The position numbers and the translations under genes were made by a program. Positions 60,522 through 64,000 of a stretch of 64,000 nucleotides of DNA are shown here, piece after piece. The number at the start of each line of letters is the position of its first letter. Positions within the stretch are counted from its first letter, which is position 1. Under the pieces are notes generated by a model. The model saw only the letters and a program-made list of their open reading frames with translations, did not search any database and was not told the DNA's origin. Source of the DNA: an uncultured Verrucomicrobiae bacterium (GTDB lineage: Bacteria; Verrucomicrobiota; Verrucomicrobiia; Limisphaerales; Palsa-1400); contig CAVPOM010000012.1 in assembly GCA_963707025.1 (NCBI GenBank), positions 256,001 to 320,000 of the forward strand, given 5' to 3'.

Positions 60522-61971
60522 CACACCCGTCTCATAAGGGGAAAAGTCTGGTGCTGACCTGTTCATTTGCAAGGGTTTAATTGGTCTTCGGGGTAAAATG
60601 AGATTTTGATTTTTCCGAGTTTGGCTTTTGGGTTTGGTATGCGCCTGTTTGGGCGCGTGTGCTGTCCCATAGCTTTATTGGAAGCCGGGGAAATACGCCT
60701 GCTCGGGCCGCGCCAAGTGGCGAAAGCTGCCGCCTGCTGTCCCATAGCACGCCAGCAAATTGAGCAGATCATATTTCTCCCAGAGCGCCGCCCGCAAAAT
60801 CGTGAACAGCCGGGTGAAGCTGTGCGCCCAGTTGGAGAGGTGACTGAGGTAGCGCAACAGCACGTAGGTCAACAGCGCCGTCCACACCTGCCAGCGCACG
60901 GCGTTGGCGTTGTGGCCCAGAAAATCCGCCAACTGCAAGGTCTGCTTGATTTGTTTGAAGAAGACTTCGATCTGCCAGCGGCAGCGGTAAAGGTCGGCCA
61001 CGCTGCGCGGACTCCACTCCAGGTTGTTGGTCAGGAAGGTCATTTCCCGTTCCTCTCCATCAATCTCGACCAGCGCCACCACCCGGCGCATCAACTCCGG
61101 CGCGGGTTTGTTCTCGTTGCTCAGGACGATCACTTCGTCGCGCAAAATCTTCGGGTCTCTGGAGGCGGGCATTTTCCGCACCACCTCATAGCCCATGTTC
61201 TCCTTGGCCCGCGTCACCCAAAAGACCCCGCGCCCGTCCAAATCCCGCAAGTGGCCGAAGTCCACATAACCCTTGTCGAACAAGGCGATTTCGCCGCTCT
61301 TCAAGTCGGCGCACAGTTCCCGCGCCCGTCGGTTGTCGTGCTCGGCGGCAGTGTCCACAATGACAAAACCGGGCAAAAGATTCTGCAGATTCAACCGCAT
61401 ATGGGTTTTGGCGGCGGCCTTGCGCCGGCGGTGCTTGGCCCAGTCCAGGCAGTTGGCCACCAGTTCCATGGTCGTGCTATCAATCACATGGATGGGCATC
61501 TTGAAACGGAAGGCGGGGCCACGGCGCTGGCCCGCGGCAAAGCCGGGCGTCTGTGCTTTCAAATGCTCCAGGACCCGCCAGAAGAGTTGTTCGGCCATCT
61601 GGGCCGGACGCTCCCGGTTGGCGTGGGAGAGGCCGTTGCGGCTGGGGGCGCTGGCGCCGCGCAAAGTGGACAGCGGCCCGGAATGCAATTGCAGCGAGTC
61701 GCACAGATCGTTGAGTCCGATGCAATGGGTGAGTTGCGCGTCCAGCAAACTGACCGTGTGACTCCACGGACTGAAGGTGCGCGACTTATCCAGAGCCCGG
61801 TCTCCCGCGCTATTTTGGAGACTTCATGCGCAGGAATGAGATTGCAAATCTGGCGCAAAACGTTAAACCGGGACCGTGTTGGTTTGATTTTTTTGTTTTT
61901 CATGCCTGCCTTGTGGCAGGTTCAAATGGTCAAGCCAACACTTTTTTCCAATTTCCTGTGGGATGGCTGTG
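60522..61971 (-). mobile_element. IS4-family insertion sequence, 1450 bp, with a 9-bp target duplication
   Basis: Imperfect terminal IRs CACAGCCATCCCACAGG / CACACCCGTCTCATAAG (12/17). ATTCATATT flanks both sides (60513-60521 and 61972-61980). Confidence 0.93.
60675..61903 (-). CDS. IS4-family DDE transposase (DUF4372-type N-terminus), frameshift near 61797
   Basis: VIDST, FDKGY, YRCRWQIEVFFKQIKQ. Comparison with the 48865 copy shows one G missing from a G run. Confidence 0.93.
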
Positions 61972-61988
61972 ATTCATATTATTCTGGC

Positions 61989-62028
61989 AAACAAAAGACG
62001 GGCGCCGCAGTCTTTCGCGCGGCGCCCG
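61989..62028 (-). terminator. Probable intrinsic terminator
   Basis: 10-bp stem CGGGCGCCGC/GCGGCGCCCG followed by TCTTTTGTTT on the minus strand. Confidence 0.7.
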
Positions 62029-62054
62029 CTGGATTCCGTCTCTTAACCCCCGGG

Positions 62055-64000
62055 CTATTGCCCGTAGTTTACCCTGAAGAACAGGGCCGGTCCAGCCGTC
62101 GCCGGAGTCACCGGGTAAGGGGACACGGTTGTAACCGCGGTCCACGGACCGGTGATGCTGGTGGCTTCCATCAAAGTCCCGCCCGGCTCCCCAAGTCAAG
62201 TTCAGCGAACCGGCGCTGAACGAGAACCCCACGTTCGGAGGCGCCGTCACCGTCAAGCTCGCAGCGGTGGTGGGTGATCCCGCACCCTGGGCATTGCTCG
62301 CCGTCAGACGATAGCTGCCGGTGTTGGTCAATTGGACATTGCTCAGCGTCAATGTCGCGTTGCTGCCTCCAGCGACACTGGTAAAGGTGGTGCCATCGGA
62401 GCTGAACTGCCATTGGTTGGTGAGCGGGAGGCTGCCGGTAAAAAGAGCCGTAAACGTGACACTCTGTCCGACATAGGCGTTGGTCGAGGCTGGCGCCGTC
62501 TGTTGCAGCACCGTCGGAGCGCTGGCGGCCCGGACAATCAGCGTGACTGGCGCGCTGGTGATGGACAGCGAATAGGTGCTGTTGTTAAGCACGATCTCAT
62601 ATTGATAAGTTCCTACCGCCAAACCGCTGACGGCCAACACGTAATTGGTGCCGGTGGAGGCGCCGGCGGCATTGGCCCAAGTGACGCCGCCACTGCCGTT
62701 GTCCGTCATCCACTGATAGGTGAAGGTGGTGGTCTCTCTGTCCACCAATCCCAGTGTGACGGTGTTCCCCTGATAAACAATGTTATCCGGCACGGCGGGT
62801 GTCACGCTCGGAGTCCACACCACGGCCGGAATGGTGCCCTTCAGGCCGGCGGTATAATTGTTGGCGATCTGCGAGGCGCTTAACACGCCGCTTTCCAAAC
62901 GGGCGGCCCCGATGTAGCCTTGGAAGGCATCGGCCGAAAGATAAGGTCCGCTGTTGGCCAGCCCTCCCCCAACGCAAACCACCGTCTGTGGAGTGGCGAG
63001 AGGGGCGCTGGGGGTGTTGGCGACGCTGTTCGTGCCATCTTCGTAGCAAGTGACGGTGAGGCCATCCCAAGTCCACGCCAAGTAGTGCCAAAGTCCGGTC
63101 GTCGGCAGTGACCCCCATCTTGTGTCGAAACTGCCAAAATCGCCCGAGGTGGCGCCGGATCCCTGATTGCAGTAATTAAACTCCCGGTCCGCCTCCGGAT
63201 CAACGGCTTGCCCTTGGATGCCATAAGCAAGGGCGCAACTGTTTTGCTCGTTGATGGCGACGGCATAGACCCATGCTTCCGCCGAAACGGGATTATTGGT
63301 GCAAATCTCTGTGGGTGCCAGCAAAGCCGACTGCAGGCCGTTGGTGAGCTGTTGGTTGACGAAAAGAGCGGGAACGCGGTTATAGAGGTATGGCGCGCCC
63401 GTGGTCACGTTCAGGTTGGAGCCGCCAATGAGCAGGCCGCTGAAATTACCGACGCCATTCGTGTTGCTGGTGACGTTGGTCCAGGTGGTGGAAGCCGCCG
63501 ACAAGTCAACTTGTTGCAGGTTCACGATCAAATCGCCGGCGGTTTGCAGCGGGGTATAAGGCGGCAACGGCAGGGCCGCGTTCGCGATGAACTCCGCCGA
63601 GGAACTCACGTTGGTGCCCAGCGGATTGTTCGCGGTCAGCCGGTACCAGTTGGTCACGGGAACCTCGCTGGTGACAACTATGTTGCTGCCAAAGACCCCG
63701 GTATCGGTCCAATTCGCGTTATCGGGACTGACCTGCCATTGCTCGGTGAGCACCGGTTCACCGGTAAAGACAGCCGTGAAGGAATTGGTCTGGGTAACAT
63801 AGGCCGTGACGGAAGCAGGGGTTATGTCCTGGAACAAGATCGGCGCGGTTCGCGCTTGCACGAAGACGCTGATGGGGGAACTGACCGCCACGATGGAATC
63901 AACGCTATTGCTCAACACCACCTCGTATTCATAGGTTCCCGGCGCAAATCCGGTCGTGTTCACCACATAGGTGGCGTTGGTCGCCTCGCTAATGGCGGCC
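62055..64000 (-). CDS. Large secreted Ig-like repeat + LamG protein, C-terminal part; starts beyond the right edge, frameshift near 62185
   Basis: Ig repeats (TNQWQFSSDG...ATLTLSNVQLTNTGSYRLTASN) and LamG (SAEAWV, WHYLAWTWDG, FQGYIG). The true C-terminus is in a second frame: GTLMEATSITGPWTAV...LFFRVNYGQ*. Confidence 0.85.

Noticed and set aside
61780..61810. Programmed frameshift in the transposase
   Set aside because: IS4 transposases are single-ORF, and the paralogous copy near 48965 is in frame at this position, so this is a 1-nt deletion in a G run.

Overview
GC-rich bacterial window, most likely Verrucomicrobiota (Pedosphaerales/Limisphaerales-like). That assignment is inferred from the VPEPTT..LLLLPFG PEP-CTERM variant, the H-X9-DG pilin-like gene and the Ig/LamG secreted proteins. 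From left to right: (1) 1-6.9 kb, a minus-strand module of PEP-CTERM protein, PstS/DING-like binding protein, a single ORF joining an AraC-family regulator through an internal signal peptide to a complete TpsB (ShlB/FhaC) transporter, and a TpsA filamentous-haemagglutinin-like protein that runs off the window. (2) 7.3-17.2 kb, a Deg/HtrA homologue lacking the catalytic His, two tandem TMTC-like GT-C/TPR genes, GspC-like and TonB-like genes and a second PEP-CTERM gene. (3) 17.5-48.4 kb, a Wzx/Wzy exopolysaccharide locus with exosortase, followed by a DUF2723/TPR gene. (4) 48.8-64 kb, an internally deleted IS4 copy, a CAZyme cluster (GH95-like, GH99/71-like, GH92, beta-helix), a two-component system, a pilin-like gene with a full IS4 inserted at its start codon, and a large Ig/LamG protein. 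The best candidate for a new system is the AraC-signal peptide-TpsB fusion. It has a Pho-box-like promoter, and both PEP-CTERM genes share an upstream architecture (a 28/30-bp identical motif plus 21-bp-spaced repeats in araI1/araI2 geometry) that could be its target. About 12 genes carry frameshifts, probably long-read indel errors, so every fusion or split call needs confirmation. All family calls are by motif recognition; no searches were run.
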